A stretch of 63,914 nt of DNA, counting the filler, from Nitrospinae bacterium RIFCSPLOWO2_12_FULL_45_22 (GTDB lineage: Bacteria > 2-12-FULL-45-22), in the NCBI GenBank assembly GCA_001803565.1. It is 7 parts of 7 records of this genome, joined end to end, with 100 filler letters (N's around TTAATTAATTAA, not from the genome) between each part and the next. Parts side by side here need not be neighbours in the genome. Positions count along the whole stretch, not along the records: positions 8,050 to 24,799 come from MHDQ01000061.1; 6 more parts are not named here. One strand, 5' to 3'. The translations under genes and the position numbers were made by a program. The notes below the pieces were generated by a model, which saw only the letters and a list, made by a program, of their open reading frames with translations, did not search any database and was not told where the DNA came from. This document shows positions 8,291 through 19,123 of the stretch, piece by piece (the first letter of the stretch is position 1; each line of letters starts with the position of its first letter).

Positions 8291-10570
8291 ATGGTCACTG
8301 AAGATAAAATCCAACAGTTAGAGAAAAAGGTAGAATACGGGATCACCCTCAAAAATATTACTAATAAGATCCATTCTGCCAAAAATATTGATGAGATTCT
8401 GGTCGAGCTAAAAGATAATATCCTTACCCTGTTCGATGCAGATAGAATAACTATTTATGTTGTAGATGGCGCTAAGAAAGAGATCTATTCGAAATTTAAA
8501 TCCGGAGAAGAAGTAAAAGAGATAAGGGTACCTATATCTAGCAATAGTATTGCGGGCTATGTGGCTTATTCTCAACGGTTAATAAATATTGCTAATGCCT
8601 ATGATGATCTGGAATTAAAAAACATTAATCCGGACCTCACTTTTGACAAGAGTTGGGATCAGAAGAGTGGTTATAAAACTACTCAGATACTGGCGGCGCC
8701 GATTAAGTTTAACAAGTATCTGCTGGGGGTCATCCAGTTGATTAATAAGAAAAGTGGCGGGAGCTTTACTTTAGAGGATCAAAATTCCCTTACAGAAATT
8801 GCTGAAATCCTGGGTATAGCTTTTTATAACCAGATCAAGATGACCCGGAAGATTCCGGGTAAATTCGATTATCTGCTTAGCGAAAATATTGTCACCCAAA
8901 AGGAATTAGAAGAGGCTATCAGTACTGCCCGAAACCTTAATGAAGATGTAGAAACGATATTGACAAGGAACTACAAGGTTCCCAAGGAAGAGATTGGGAA
9001 ATCCTTAAGCAGTTTCTATAAGTGTAAATTTGTGCAATTTGACGATAAGATGCCTATTCCCGGTGACCTTCTAGAAGACCTTAAATATAGCTATTTAAAA
9101 ACCAACCTGTGGGTCCCCCTGACTGCCTCTGATGGTAGAGTTACCATAGTCATTGATAACCCCAGACATATCGAAAAGGTTGATGCGATAAGGACCAAGA
9201 TAAAAGGGAATAAGGTTGAGTTTTGTGTGGCCCTGAGAGAGGATATTGTCAAATATATTGACCATTTCTTTGGTGCTAGGGCACCCAAGACCTCTATGTC
9301 AGATATACTTGGGAAATTGGAAGATGACCAAGAGGATATAGACCAAGCCGGTCAAGAAATAAGTGAAGAGGATAGCGCTATAGTCCAACTGGTTAATAAG
9401 ATAATAAATGATGCTTATGACCGACGGGCCTCTGATATTCATGTCGAATCTTATACTGGTAAAACTAGTACCGAGATTCGCTTTCGGGTAGATGGTTCCT
9501 GTTTTCTTTATCAGAGTATCCCCTCCAGCCACCGCCGTGCCTTAATATCTCGGATAAAGATTATGTCGGATCTGGATATTGCCGAGCGTAGACTGCCGCA
9601 AGATGGCAAGATCAAGTTTAAGAAATTCGGGGGAAGAGATATTGAACTGCGGGTAGCTGTAGTCCCTACCGTGGGCAGCAATGAAGATGTAGTCATGCGT
9701 ATCTTGGCTGCCAGTGAACCTATACCCCTGGACAAGATCGGCATGTCCGAGAGGAACTTTACCCAGTTTAAACGGCTTATTCAGTTGCCCTACGGTATTG
9801 CATTGGTAGTTGGCCCTACTGGCTCCGGTAAAACTACAACTCTCCACTCGGCCTTGGGTTATATTAATACCCCGGAGAGAAAGATCTGGACAGCCGAAGA
9901 CCCGGTAGAGATCACTCAGAAGGGATTGAGGCAAGTACAGATGAGGCCCAAGATTGGTTTAACTTTTGCTGCGGCTATGCGGGCATTCTTACGGGCCGAC
10001 CCGGATGTAGTTATGGTGGGAGAGATGCGCGATGAAGAGACAGCCGCTATCGGTGTCGAGGCCTCCCTCACCGGCCACCTGGTCTTCAGTACCCTCCATA
10101 CCAATAGTGCGCCAGAAACTATTGTCCGCTTATTAGATATGGGTATGGACCCCTTCAATTTTGCCGATGCCCTTCTAGGTATATTGGCCCAAAGATTGGT
10201 AAAAACCCTCTGCCCGAAATGTAAAGAGCCTTACCACCCTGCTGAAGAAGAATATCATGAACTGGCCCAGGAATATGGTGAGCAATACTTCCATAGATTA
10301 AATATCCTTTATGACGATAATTTTGCCCTGTATAAGCCGGTTGGTTGTGATAACTGTAATCGTTCCGGCTACCGAGGAAGGATGGGTATCCACGAATTGC
10401 TTGTTGGTTCTGACCAGATAAAAAAACTTATCCAAAATAAAGCCCGGGTGGAAGAAATTAGAGGGCTTGCCATACAGGAGGGCATGACTACTTTGAAGCA
10501 AGATGGAATAGAAAAGGCCATAAGGGGCTTTACTGATATTAAACAAGTTAGGGCGGTCTGTATTAAATAA
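8291..10570 (+). CDS. GspE/PilB-family assembly ATPase with N-terminal GAF domain
   Basis: GAF (SIAGYVA...NI..AY, FDKSWD..SGY.T..IL..P, GVIQLINK); ASDIH.E; Walker A GPTGSGKTTT; LRADPD..MVGEMRD; CPKC/CDNC zinc motif. Confidence 0.93.
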   Translation: MVTEDKIQQLEKKVEYGITLKNITNKIHSAKNIDEILVELKDNILTLFDADRITIYVVDGAKKEIYSKFKSGEEVKEIRVPISSNSIAGYVAYSQRLINIANAYDDLELKNINPDLTFDKSWDQKSGYKTTQILAAPIKFNKYLLGVIQLINKKSGGSFTLEDQNSLTEIAEILGIAFYNQIKMTRKIPGKFDYLLSENIVTQKELEEAISTARNLNEDVETILTRNYKVPKEEIGKSLSSFYKCKFVQFDDKMPIPGDLLEDLKYSYLKTNLWVPLTASDGRVTIVIDNPRHIEKVDAIRTKIKGNKVEFCVALREDIVKYIDHFFGARAPKTSMSDILGKLEDDQEDIDQAGQEISEEDSAIVQLVNKIINDAYDRRASDIHVESYTGKTSTEIRFRVDGSCFLYQSIPSSHRRALISRIKIMSDLDIAERRLPQDGKIKFKKFGGRDIELRVAVVPTVGSNEDVVMRILAASEPIPLDKIGMSERNFTQFKRLIQLPYGIALVVGPTGSGKTTTLHSALGYINTPERKIWTAEDPVEITQKGLRQVQMRPKIGLTFAAAMRAFLRADPDVVMVGEMRDEETAAIGVEASLTGHLVFSTLHTNSAPETIVRLLDMGMDPFNFADALLGILAQRLVKTLCPKCKEPYHPAEEEYHELAQEYGEQYFHRLNILYDDNFALYKPVGCDNCNRSGYRGRMGIHELLVGSDQIKKLIQNKARVEEIRGLAIQEGMTTLKQDGIEKAIRGFTDIKQVRAVCIK

Positions 10571-10640
10571 AGATAAAAAGGGGGAGCAATCTCTATTGAC
10601 TTATTATTTTTGGTATGTTACTAATTATCCAATTTTTTAT

Positions 10641-10715
10641 TGGGTCATTAGGTCATGGGGACCCCTAATACCCTAAATGACGCAATGACGTAATCACCTA
10701 ATGACGTAATAACGA
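10641..10715. repeat. 8-nt tandem repeat hairpin in the rpsF leader
   Basis: GGTCATTA GGTCAT, then AATGACGC AATGACGT AATCACCT AATGACGT AATAACGA (10676-10715). Confidence 0.75.
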
Positions 10716-10736
10716 AAAATTGCGGGAAGGAGAACT

Positions 10737-11108
10737 ATGCCGTCTTACGAAAGTATATTCATTCTAAAGCCCGATTTAAAGGAAGAGGAGATAGAAAAGA
10801 ATCTGAATAAGTTGAAAGATGTTATTATCAACAAAGGTGGTATTATTAATCGGTTAGAAAAATGGGGCAAGAAACGATTGGCTTACCAAGTTAAAAAGCA
10901 GCGGATGGGAAATTATATCTTTATAGTTCTGGAAGGCCCTCCAAACCTTATCCCAGAGTTGGAAAAGAATTGCAAATTAAATGAGGATATTATAAAGTAT
11001 ATAACGATAAAACAGGAGAGGGGTGATACCTTTAAGGTAACTTTTGAAGATGGCAAAGAAGACATAGAGGAAAAAAAATTGGATATTAGACAAGAGAGGT
11101 TCCTATAA
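10737..11108 (+). CDS. rpsF: 30S ribosomal protein S6
   Basis: YE..FIL.P, WG.KRLAY.VKK...G.Y. Confidence 0.97.
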   Translation: MPSYESIFILKPDLKEEEIEKNLNKLKDVIINKGGIINRLEKWGKKRLAYQVKKQRMGNYIFIVLEGPPNLIPELEKNCKLNEDIIKYITIKQERGDTFKVTFEDGKEDIEEKKLDIRQERFL

Positions 11109-11509
11109 TGGCCAATTTTAATAAGGTTATCCTGATAGGTAATTTAACCAGAGACCCTGAGCTGAGATATACTCCCAGTGGTAGTGCCGTGACTACCTTG
11201 GGCCTTGCCATAAATCATAAGTATAAGCAAGGGGATGAATGGAAAGAGGATACCTGCTTTATAGATTGTGTAGTATTCGGCAAACGCGCAGAGAGTTGCA
11301 ATGAGTATCTAAACAAAGGGGCGCCGGTCTTGGTGGAGGGTCGTCTTAGATGGCGGAGCTGGGAAGGGCAAGATGGACAGAAGAGGAGTAAACATGAGGT
11401 CGTAGCTAACAATATTCAATTCATACCCCGGGGGCCTGGCTCCCCTCAGGGGGCCAAGCCCTTGCCGGCTGAAGATGAGGCCTTCCCTGAGGAAGAGCCG
11501 CCTTTTTAA
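11108..11509 (+). CDS. ssb: Single-stranded DNA-binding protein
   Basis: NKVILIGNLTRDPELRYTP.G; acidic tail ending PF. Confidence 0.97.
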   Translation: MANFNKVILIGNLTRDPELRYTPSGSAVTTLGLAINHKYKQGDEWKEDTCFIDCVVFGKRAESCNEYLNKGAPVLVEGRLRWRSWEGQDGQKRSKHEVVANNIQFIPRGPGSPQGAKPLPAEDEAFPEEEPPF

Positions 11510-11559
11510 AAACAAGCCCAAAACCCCAATGAGAGATAAAGGAGGATTTTATTGATCGT

Positions 11560-11802
11560 ATGAATTCAACAAGGCCAAGAAAGAAGCGGTTTTTTAGAAA
11601 AAAAATATGTCGGTTTTGTACAGAGAAATTAGAATATATAGACTATAAAGATATAGGAAGGCTCCGTACCCTGATAACCGAACGGGCTAAAATCATCCCT
11701 AGACGGATCACAGGGACTTGCGCAAAACACCAACGGCAGTTGACGGTCGCGATAAAACGGGCAAGAAATATCGCCTTGCTACCTTTTACCGCAGAGAGAT
11801 AG
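11560..11802 (+). CDS. rpsR: 30S ribosomal protein S18
   Basis: C.FC......IDYK, KI.PRR.TG.CAKHQR. Confidence 0.98.
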   Translation: MNSTRPRKKRFFRKKICRFCTEKLEYIDYKDIGRLRTLITERAKIIPRRITGTCAKHQRQLTVAIKRARNIALLPFTAER

Positions 11803-11868
11803 AAATTCCCTCTTGGACACAGATGAACATAGAATACAGAATTCAGGAGTCAGAATACAGAATAGAAA
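11803..11868. repeat. Half hairpin element (GGACACAGAT family) with CAGAAT(A/T) heptamers
   Basis: AAATTCCCTCTTGGACACAGAT directly after the rpsR stop, then TAGAATA CAGAATT CAGGAGT CAGAATA CAGAATA. Confidence 0.7.
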
Positions 11869-12312
11869 ATGAAAGTAGTATTGAATAAAGACATAGGAGA
11901 TTTAGGTAAAGCCGGCAGCATAATCGAAGTAGCTGAGGGGTATGCCAGAAATTATCTCATTCCTCGTAGATTAGCCTTAGAAGCTACCACTAAGAACTTA
12001 CAAACCTTCCAGTATCAGCAGAGAATGGAATTAGAAAAGATAAGAAAGAAAAAGGGAGAAGCAGAGGCATTAGCCAGAAAAATTGAAGAGATTTCTTTGA
12101 CTATACCGGCCAAGACCGGAGAGAAAGACCGGGTATTTGGCTCTATTACTACTAAAGATATTGCTATGGCTTTGGAAAATGAAGGGGTAGAGATTGACAA
12201 AAAGAAGATCCTTTTAGAAGACCCCATTAAAAGCCTGGGTATTTACACCATTCCTATAAAACTTCATCCTGAAGTTACTGCGAACCTAAGACTTTGGGTA
12301 GTAAAGGAATAA
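11869..12312 (+). CDS. rplI: 50S ribosomal protein L9
   Basis: MKV.L..D...LGK.G....V..GYARNYL.P, FGSIT..DI. Confidence 0.98.
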   Translation: MKVVLNKDIGDLGKAGSIIEVAEGYARNYLIPRRLALEATTKNLQTFQYQQRMELEKIRKKKGEAEALARKIEEISLTIPAKTGEKDRVFGSITTKDIAMALENEGVEIDKKKILLEDPIKSLGIYTIPIKLHPEVTANLRLWVVKE

Positions 12313-12316
12313 AGTC

Positions 12317-13663
12317 TTGAAGTTTACTTCGGTGGAAGCAATTCCGGGTAAGCTTATTCCCCAAAACAAAGAAGCTGAGCAATCCGTCCTCGGCTCTATC
12401 CTTATTGAAAACCAGTCCTTCCTTAAGACCTACGGGCTTATAGCCGCAGATGACTTCTATTTTGAAGCCCACCGGAAGATATTTTCTGCTATGACCGAAC
12501 TCTTTGATCAAGGCGATCCCCTAGACCTGCTAACCCTCCCAGAAAAATTACGGAAAAATGGCCAGTTAGAAGATACTGGTGGGGTGGCTTATCTTGCTTC
12601 ACTAGTTGAGATGGTCCCAACCGCCGCCAACATAAAATACTATGCCCGGATAGTAAAAGAAAAGGCCGTGCTACGGAATCTTATTACTGCGGCTACTGAT
12701 ATAATAACTGAGTGCTATGAAGATACCGATGATATAGAAGAGCTACTGGATAAGGCCGAAAAGAGGGTTTTTGAGATAAGCGAGAGGAAGATCCTCCCGG
12801 GCTTCATTCCCATAAACCAGGTCTTAAAAGAAAGCTTTGAGACCCTGGAAAAACTCTTACAAAGGAAGGAGCTAGTTACTGGTGTAGCGACGGGCTTTCA
12901 TGAATTTGATAGCCTGACAGCCGGCTTGCAACCATCGGATCTTGTTATTGTTGCCGGCCGTCCGGGTATGGGAAAGACTTCTTTCTGTCTCAATGTAGCC
13001 CAATATGTAGCGACCGTGGGCCAAAAGCCTGTAGCTATCTTTAGCTTAGAGATGTCGGGACAACAGCTAGTGCTCCGCCTTTTATGTGCTGAAGCCCGGA
13101 TAAATTCTGCTAAGGTAAGGAAAGGTTTTTTGGATAAAGATGATTGGCCAAGATTGACCAAAGCGGCCGGCATTATCTCCGAGGCCCCTATCTATATTGA
13201 TGATAGTGCGGCCTTAAGCACCTTGGATATCAGGGCTAGGGCCAGGAGACTTAAGGCGGAAAAGGGACTCGAACTGGTCATGATTGACTATCTCCAGTTG
13301 ATAACAGGGCGAAGTAAGTATGAGAGCCGTCATCTGGAAATTTCTGAAATTACCCGTTCCTTAAAAGCTCTGGCTAAAGAGCTGGGTGTACCAGTAGTAG
13401 CTGTATCACAGCTTAGCAGGGCTGTAGAACATAGGAGCGACCGCAAGCCCCAGCTCTCGGATTTACGGGAGTCAGGCTCCATTGAGCAGGATGGTGACCT
13501 AATAGTGCTTCTATATCGGGATGAGGTATACAATAAAGATAGTCCTGATGGAGGCACAGCCGAGGTAAATATTGCAAAACAGAGGAACGGCCCCACAGGG
13601 GAGATAAAATTGACTTTTTTAAAGGAATATACCAAATTCGAAAATTATTCTCCTCTGTATTGA
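12317..13663 (+). CDS. dnaB: Replicative DNA helicase
   Basis: AEQ.VLG, AGRPGMGKT, FSLEM, IDYLQL, SDLRESGSIEQD.D, KQRNGPTG; no intein. Confidence 0.98.
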   Translation: MKFTSVEAIPGKLIPQNKEAEQSVLGSILIENQSFLKTYGLIAADDFYFEAHRKIFSAMTELFDQGDPLDLLTLPEKLRKNGQLEDTGGVAYLASLVEMVPTAANIKYYARIVKEKAVLRNLITAATDIITECYEDTDDIEELLDKAEKRVFEISERKILPGFIPINQVLKESFETLEKLLQRKELVTGVATGFHEFDSLTAGLQPSDLVIVAGRPGMGKTSFCLNVAQYVATVGQKPVAIFSLEMSGQQLVLRLLCAEARINSAKVRKGFLDKDDWPRLTKAAGIISEAPIYIDDSAALSTLDIRARARRLKAEKGLELVMIDYLQLITGRSKYESRHLEISEITRSLKALAKELGVPVVAVSQLSRAVEHRSDRKPQLSDLRESGSIEQDGDLIVLLYRDEVYNKDSPDGGTAEVNIAKQRNGPTGEIKLTFLKEYTKFENYSPLY

Positions 13664-13669
13664 AAAAAT

Positions 13670-14842
13670 ATGAAACCATACCCTATCTGGATAGAGATAG
13701 ATTTAGATGCCCTTGCGCATAACCTTAGACAGGTAAAGAGTTGGATTAATAATAAAAGTAATATCCTGGCTGTGGTTAAAAGAGATGCGTATGGGCATGG
13801 TGCGCTAGAGGTGGCAGAAGAGGTCATCAGGACTGGGGTAAAGATGCTTGGGGTGACTGATGTCCAAGAAGGGGCATCTTTAAGGAAAAGTGGCATCAAA
13901 GTCCCTATCCTGGTTTTGCCTGGCATAAACCTGAACTTCGAAGAAATAGAAGAGCTATTAGAATATGAACTTTCTACTGTTATTTATTCCAGCGAAATAG
14001 CTCGCACCCTAAATAAAGCCGCACAACAAAGGGGTACCAAAGCTAATGTTCACATAAAAATTGATACCGGTATGGGGCGTTTAGGAATCGCTCCCCAGGA
14101 ATATCCGGTATTTCTTCAAGAGATAACAGCTTGTAAAAATTTATCCATTGAGGGAATAATGACCCATTTTGCTTGCAGTGGCCGGGCAGGAAAGGAATAC
14201 ACCCAGTGGCAGCTCGCACGCTTCAAAGAGGCTTTAAAAGCCAGCAATAATTCCTGGAATAAAAGGCCCCTGGTGCATGCAGCTAATAGTGCTAATCTAA
14301 TAGAGCACCCCGAGAGCCATTTCGATTTAGTTCGGCCAGGTATAATCCTGTATGGCTGTTATCCCTCTGATGCGGTGGAGAGAATAATCCCTTTGAAGCC
14401 TGTATTGAGCCTTAAGAGCCGTATTAAAGCTATAAAAAAGGTATCCTGCGGCTGCAGCATTGGGTATGAGCGGAGTTATATAGTTCCTCAAGACGGGCTC
14501 GTTGCTGTTATCCCGGTGGGCTATGCGGATGGGTATAGTAGGCTCTTGTCTAATAAGGCTCAGGTGTTGGTTAAAGGGAAAAGGGTACCGGTAATAGGCA
14601 ACATCAGTATGGATTTAACTATTGTAGATATTAGCCAGGTAACGGGAGTAAAGGTAGGTGAAGAGGTGGTACTTATTGGTAAGCAAGGAGGAGAGGAGAT
14701 CAGAGTAGAAGAAATAGCCCACTGGATGGGCACTATACCATATGAAATCCTTACTTCTATCGGTAAAAAAGTCCCCAGGATATTCTTAAAAAACCACCAG
14801 ACAGTCGAGCCACCAAGTCACCAAGTCACAAAGGAAACTTGA
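13670..14842 (+). CDS. alr: Alanine racemase
   Basis: AVVK.DAYGHG, KIDTGMGRLG, H.ANSA, VRPGI.LYG, GYADG. Confidence 0.96.
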   Translation: MKPYPIWIEIDLDALAHNLRQVKSWINNKSNILAVVKRDAYGHGALEVAEEVIRTGVKMLGVTDVQEGASLRKSGIKVPILVLPGINLNFEEIEELLEYELSTVIYSSEIARTLNKAAQQRGTKANVHIKIDTGMGRLGIAPQEYPVFLQEITACKNLSIEGIMTHFACSGRAGKEYTQWQLARFKEALKASNNSWNKRPLVHAANSANLIEHPESHFDLVRPGIILYGCYPSDAVERIIPLKPVLSLKSRIKAIKKVSCGCSIGYERSYIVPQDGLVAVIPVGYADGYSRLLSNKAQVLVKGKRVPVIGNISMDLTIVDISQVTGVKVGEEVVLIGKQGGEEIRVEEIAHWMGTIPYEILTSIGKKVPRIFLKNHQTVEPPSHQVTKET

Positions 14843-14949
14843 TAGCATAAGGATATTCAGTTTTTTATGCGGTTTTGTGGTAGTCGCAGGCTTTAGGCGG
14901 CGTTAATTTAATTATTCTTCATCATCTGAGTGCCTTAGTGTCTGTGTGG
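14809..14949. repeat. Hairpin element (GCCACCAAGTCACCAAGTCACAAAG...GTGCCTTAGTGTCTGTGTGG) enclosing a GTAG REP-like remnant
   Basis: Imperfect 8-nt-periodic inverted arms; the left arm overlaps the alr 3' end and the right arm runs into a gap. Confidence 0.6.
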
Positions 14950-14970
14950 NNNNNNNNNNNNNNNNNNNTA

Positions 14971-16056
<1,086 letters not shown>

Positions 16057-16077
16057 TTGGTAACCCTTTAGCCACCA

Positions 16078-16188
16078 GCCACGGAGTCACAGAGAATTTC
16101 ATACTAATCATTAGTCATTAGAAATCTCCAGTGACCAATGACTAATGACCAGTGACCAATAAATCAGTCATCTCAGTGCCTCTGTGGC
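16078..16188. repeat. Nested hairpin element (GCCACGGAG...CTCTGTGGC) with inner TGAC(C/T)A(A/G) heptamers
   Basis: Outer arms 16078-16095 and 16171-16188; inner TCATTAG x2 faces TGACCAA TGACTAA TGACCAG TGACCAA. Confidence 0.78.
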
Positions 16189-17156
16189 AGTATTCCTCCT
16201 ATATTGCCCAGGTGGGCACAGATAGCTGTGGCTTCTTTGATTACACACTGGATCAGGTTTTCTACCGGTTCAATTTCCTTGATCAAGCCCGCTATCTGCC
16301 CGGCTGCGAGCATGCCTTCATCTATGTTTCCTTCCTGCACCTTTTTCCACCAACCCCGTTGACTTAACTCCTCCAGTTCAACAGCCTTCTCTCCTTCTGT
16401 TTCCAGGCGATAAAAATATTCTGCGAGGCGGTTTTTGAGGACCCGGACAGTCTTCCCGGTAAATCGGCTGGTAACTAAGGTATCTTCTTCAGTTGCTGCT
16501 ATCAGCAGCTGCTTAAAGCGGGGATGGGCAGTGGATTCTTCGGTAGCTATGAAGCGCGTACCCATCTGAATACCACAAGCCCCTAAAACCAGTGCAGCCA
16601 ACAGCCCTCGGCCATCACCAAATCCACCAGCCGCTACTACCGGAACCTTTACCGCATCTACTATCTGGGGAATGAGGGGCAAGGTACAGATCTTACCTAC
16701 ATGGCCACCACCCTCCATACCACTGGCAATAATGATATCGGCACCCTCTTCTTCTAAGCGCTTAGCATGCCGCACAGTAGGGACTACGGGTAATACTTTT
16801 ACTTCAAAACTCTTCAGGAGAGAAACCACTGGTTGGCGGGGGTCACCTCGTCCGGTGGTAACAATCTTCACACCGGATTGCGCAACAATTTCAGCCCGCT
16901 GGCGAAAAGTAGCTCCTAAAGGAACCAGGTTCACGGCAAAGGGTTTATCCGTCAGGTCCCTTACCCGTGCAATCTCGTCTTTGAGTTGATTTAAAGGAAC
17001 ATTAACTGAGGCTAAAACGCCCAGGGCGCCAGCATTAGAAACTGCTGCTACAAAGCGGGCATCAGTCACCATACCCATAGCTCCTTGAATGATGGGATAT
17101 TTTATGCCTAAGATCTGACATAGAGGGGTATATAAGGGGCCGCTATTTCCTTCCAT
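16173..17156 (-). CDS. Nitronate monooxygenase / FabK-like FMN enzyme
   Basis: LGI.YPIIQG.M, AAVSNAG.LG, G.EGGGH.G, PVVAAGG..DGRG, QMGTRF. Confidence 0.9.
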   Translation of the reverse strand: MEGNSGPLYTPLCQILGIKYPIIQGAMGMVTDARFVAAVSNAGALGVLASVNVPLNQLKDEIARVRDLTDKPFAVNLVPLGATFRQRAEIVAQSGVKIVTTGRGDPRQPVVSLLKSFEVKVLPVVPTVRHAKRLEEEGADIIIASGMEGGGHVGKICTLPLIPQIVDAVKVPVVAAGGFGDGRGLLAALVLGACGIQMGTRFIATEESTAHPRFKQLLIAATEEDTLVTSRFTGKTVRVLKNRLAEYFYRLETEGEKAVELEELSQRGWWKKVQEGNIDEGMLAAGQIAGLIKEIEPVENLIQCVIKEATAICAHLGNIGGILPQRH

Positions 17157-17355
17157 AATAATTTGTCCTTTCTAAGTAGTTCTGGTAGTGTTTATCCTGG
17201 TTGTTTGGTTAATGATACCATATCTCTTAGGGTATTGACAACCGGAAAGACCCGGTCACTCGATACATGTTAGGCCACTTTACTGTCTGTTTTGAGGAGG
17301 TTTAGTAGAAAAAACCTTAATTGCTAATACATAAGAACGACAATAAAAAAAGTTG

Positions 17356-17383
17356 TTGACATTATCATAAATTAGTTTATAAT
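17356..17383 (+). promoter_or_regulatory. Sigma70-type promoter upstream of the HTH-pilMNOPQ operon
   Basis: TTGACA (17356-17361), 16 nt, TATAAT (17378-17383), with an A-rich upstream tract. Confidence 0.55.
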
Positions 17384-17460
17384 TCATTTCATATTTTCTA
17401 TCTATTACGAATAAAGGTATTTACTCAATAAAATATGGGAGAACTGTGAAAATTAATATA

Positions 17461-17494
17461 ATCCCCCCTAACCCCCCTTTAGTAAAGGGGGATT
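17461..17494. repeat. Short C/G-tract hairpin
   Basis: ATCCCCCCTAACCCCCCTTTAGTAAAGGGGGATT. Confidence 0.5.
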
Positions 17495-17598
17495 TGTTCT
17501 TTGCGTTGAAATTTATTCTCCCAGGGGTTTTGTTTATAGCCTTTTTTAATCCCTTAATGGATATTAATTTTTTCCGCATCAGTAGAAAATGGTTAGGA

Positions 17599-17689
17599 AA
17601 CCACAGAGAGCACAGAGGAAAATGCATTTAAGATAACTTACTTGTAGGCACGAATTAATTCGTGCCTACTCTCGGTGGTCTCTGTGGTT
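17599..17689. repeat. Nested hairpin element (AACCACAGAGA...TCTCTGTGGTT) enclosing a perfect 26-bp GTAG palindrome
   Basis: Perfect 11-bp terminal inverted repeat; GTAGGCACGAATTAATTCGTGCCTAC at 17644-17669. Confidence 0.8.
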
Positions 17690-17865
17690 GATATCAGGAA
17701 AAGACTTTTGTCTATAAATGATGTTTAAACAAAAAATCCCTGTCTCCATAGGATATTGAGCAATTACGAATAAAGTGACAATTTTTTGATGGAGGGGTGG
17801 ATTTGCTGGTGGATTCAGTTAATTATGGTGGTTAGCTTTTTAATTTTTAAGAGAGAGGGGGGTAT

Positions 17866-18072
17866 ATGAAGAAGGATAATCGGGTAAGAAAAATAAGGGA
17901 AGAGAAGATGATGAGTAAAGCAGAGCTGGCCAGGAAAGCCGGAGTATCTGTACAGACTATTGACCGCATCGAGAAGGGCATGAGTTGTCGCCTGGATACC
18001 AAGAGGAAAATCCTTTTAGCTCTGGGTTACTCGCTCGAGGAAAAAGGGAGAGTATTTGCTGGTAATGCGTAG
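17866..18072 (+). CDS. Small XRE/Cro-like HTH protein heading the pil operon
   Basis: 68 aa; MSKAELARKAGVS..TIDRIE.G; overlaps the pilM start. Confidence 0.88.
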   Translation: MKKDNRVRKIREEKMMSKAELARKAGVSVQTIDRIEKGMSCRLDTKRKILLALGYSLEEKGRVFAGNA

Positions 18073-19123
18073 ACCTTTTTTCCATACCCGGCTGAAGAAG
18101 AGCTCCATAATCGGTCTAGATATTGGTTCCTATTCTTTGAAAGTGGTTCAACTGGAAAGGAAAGGGCAGAGATATCGGCTTTTAAATTTTGGTATTTTAC
18201 CTTTAACGCCAGAGGCCATTATAGAAGGTACGGTCATAGACAGAGAACAGGTGATAGAGGCCATCAAGAATCTCATGGAAATAGAGCGGATCAAAACCAA
18301 GGAGGTAGTCATTTCCCTTTCTGGGCCAGGGGTAATAGTCAAAAAGATTCGGTTACCTTATAAGAGTGAGGAGGATTTAACGTCTAATATCTACTGGTCA
18401 ATTGATAAATATATTCCCTTTAATCCGGAAGAGGTCAATCTGGATTTCCAGGTAATTGACTCTACCCTGGGCGGAGAGGCTGATCTAGTATTGGTAGCAG
18501 CAAAAAAGGAGCTGATAGAGGAATATACTAATCTGATTTGGGAGGCTGGTCTGAAACCGGCAGTCGTGGATATAGACCTATTTGCGGCTGAGAACAGTTA
18601 TGAATTGAATTATGGTCTATCTAATAATCAGACTACGGCCTTTATTGATATTGGCTCTTCTATTACCAATATTTCTGTTATTCAAGGGGAGCAAACCCTA
18701 TTTGCAGAGGATATTAGCGGTGGAGGGCATGATCTTACCCGGGCTATTGAGAGGGAATACGAGGTAGACTTCTATGAAGCAGAGGCATTGAAGATGGGTG
18801 TTAGCGTGCAAGGTATTTCTTGCAACCACCTTATTCCTTTTATGCTATCAGTTATAGAGAATATCATAGAAAAAATAAGAGAATTGTTGTATCCTTTTTA
18901 CTCGTTGGGTATTGCTAAAATTATCCTTAGTGGAGGAGGGGCAAAACTCCAGGGACTGGATCGTATTTTATCTCAGGAGCTTTCTTTGCCGGTAGAAATA
19001 GCTAACCCTTTTAAGAATATAGAGTATGATAGCAAACAATTTGATCCGGAATATATTAACTACTCTGCACCGCTAGCGGCTGTAGCGGTCGGTTTAGCAG
19101 CCCGGCATATACCAAAACAATGA
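18065..19123 (+). CDS. pilM: Type IV pilus assembly protein PilM
   Basis: IGLDIGS.S.KVV.L, IDIG...TN, LSGGG, ANPF, AVGLA. Confidence 0.93.
   Translation: MRRPFFHTRLKKSSIIGLDIGSYSLKVVQLERKGQRYRLLNFGILPLTPEAIIEGTVIDREQVIEAIKNLMEIERIKTKEVVISLSGPGVIVKKIRLPYKSEEDLTSNIYWSIDKYIPFNPEEVNLDFQVIDSTLGGEADLVLVAAKKELIEEYTNLIWEAGLKPAVVDIDLFAAENSYELNYGLSNNQTTAFIDIGSSITNISVIQGEQTLFAEDISGGGHDLTRAIEREYEVDFYEAEALKMGVSVQGISCNHLIPFMLSVIENIIEKIRELLYPFYSLGIAKIILSGGGAKLQGLDRILSQELSLPVEIANPFKNIEYDSKQFDPEYINYSAPLAAVAVGLAARHIPKQ

Noticed and set aside
17421-17631. Two short overlapping ORFs in the pil leader
   Set aside because: They read through the C/G hairpin and the repeat shell (PPNPPLVKG, NHREHR); probably spurious.
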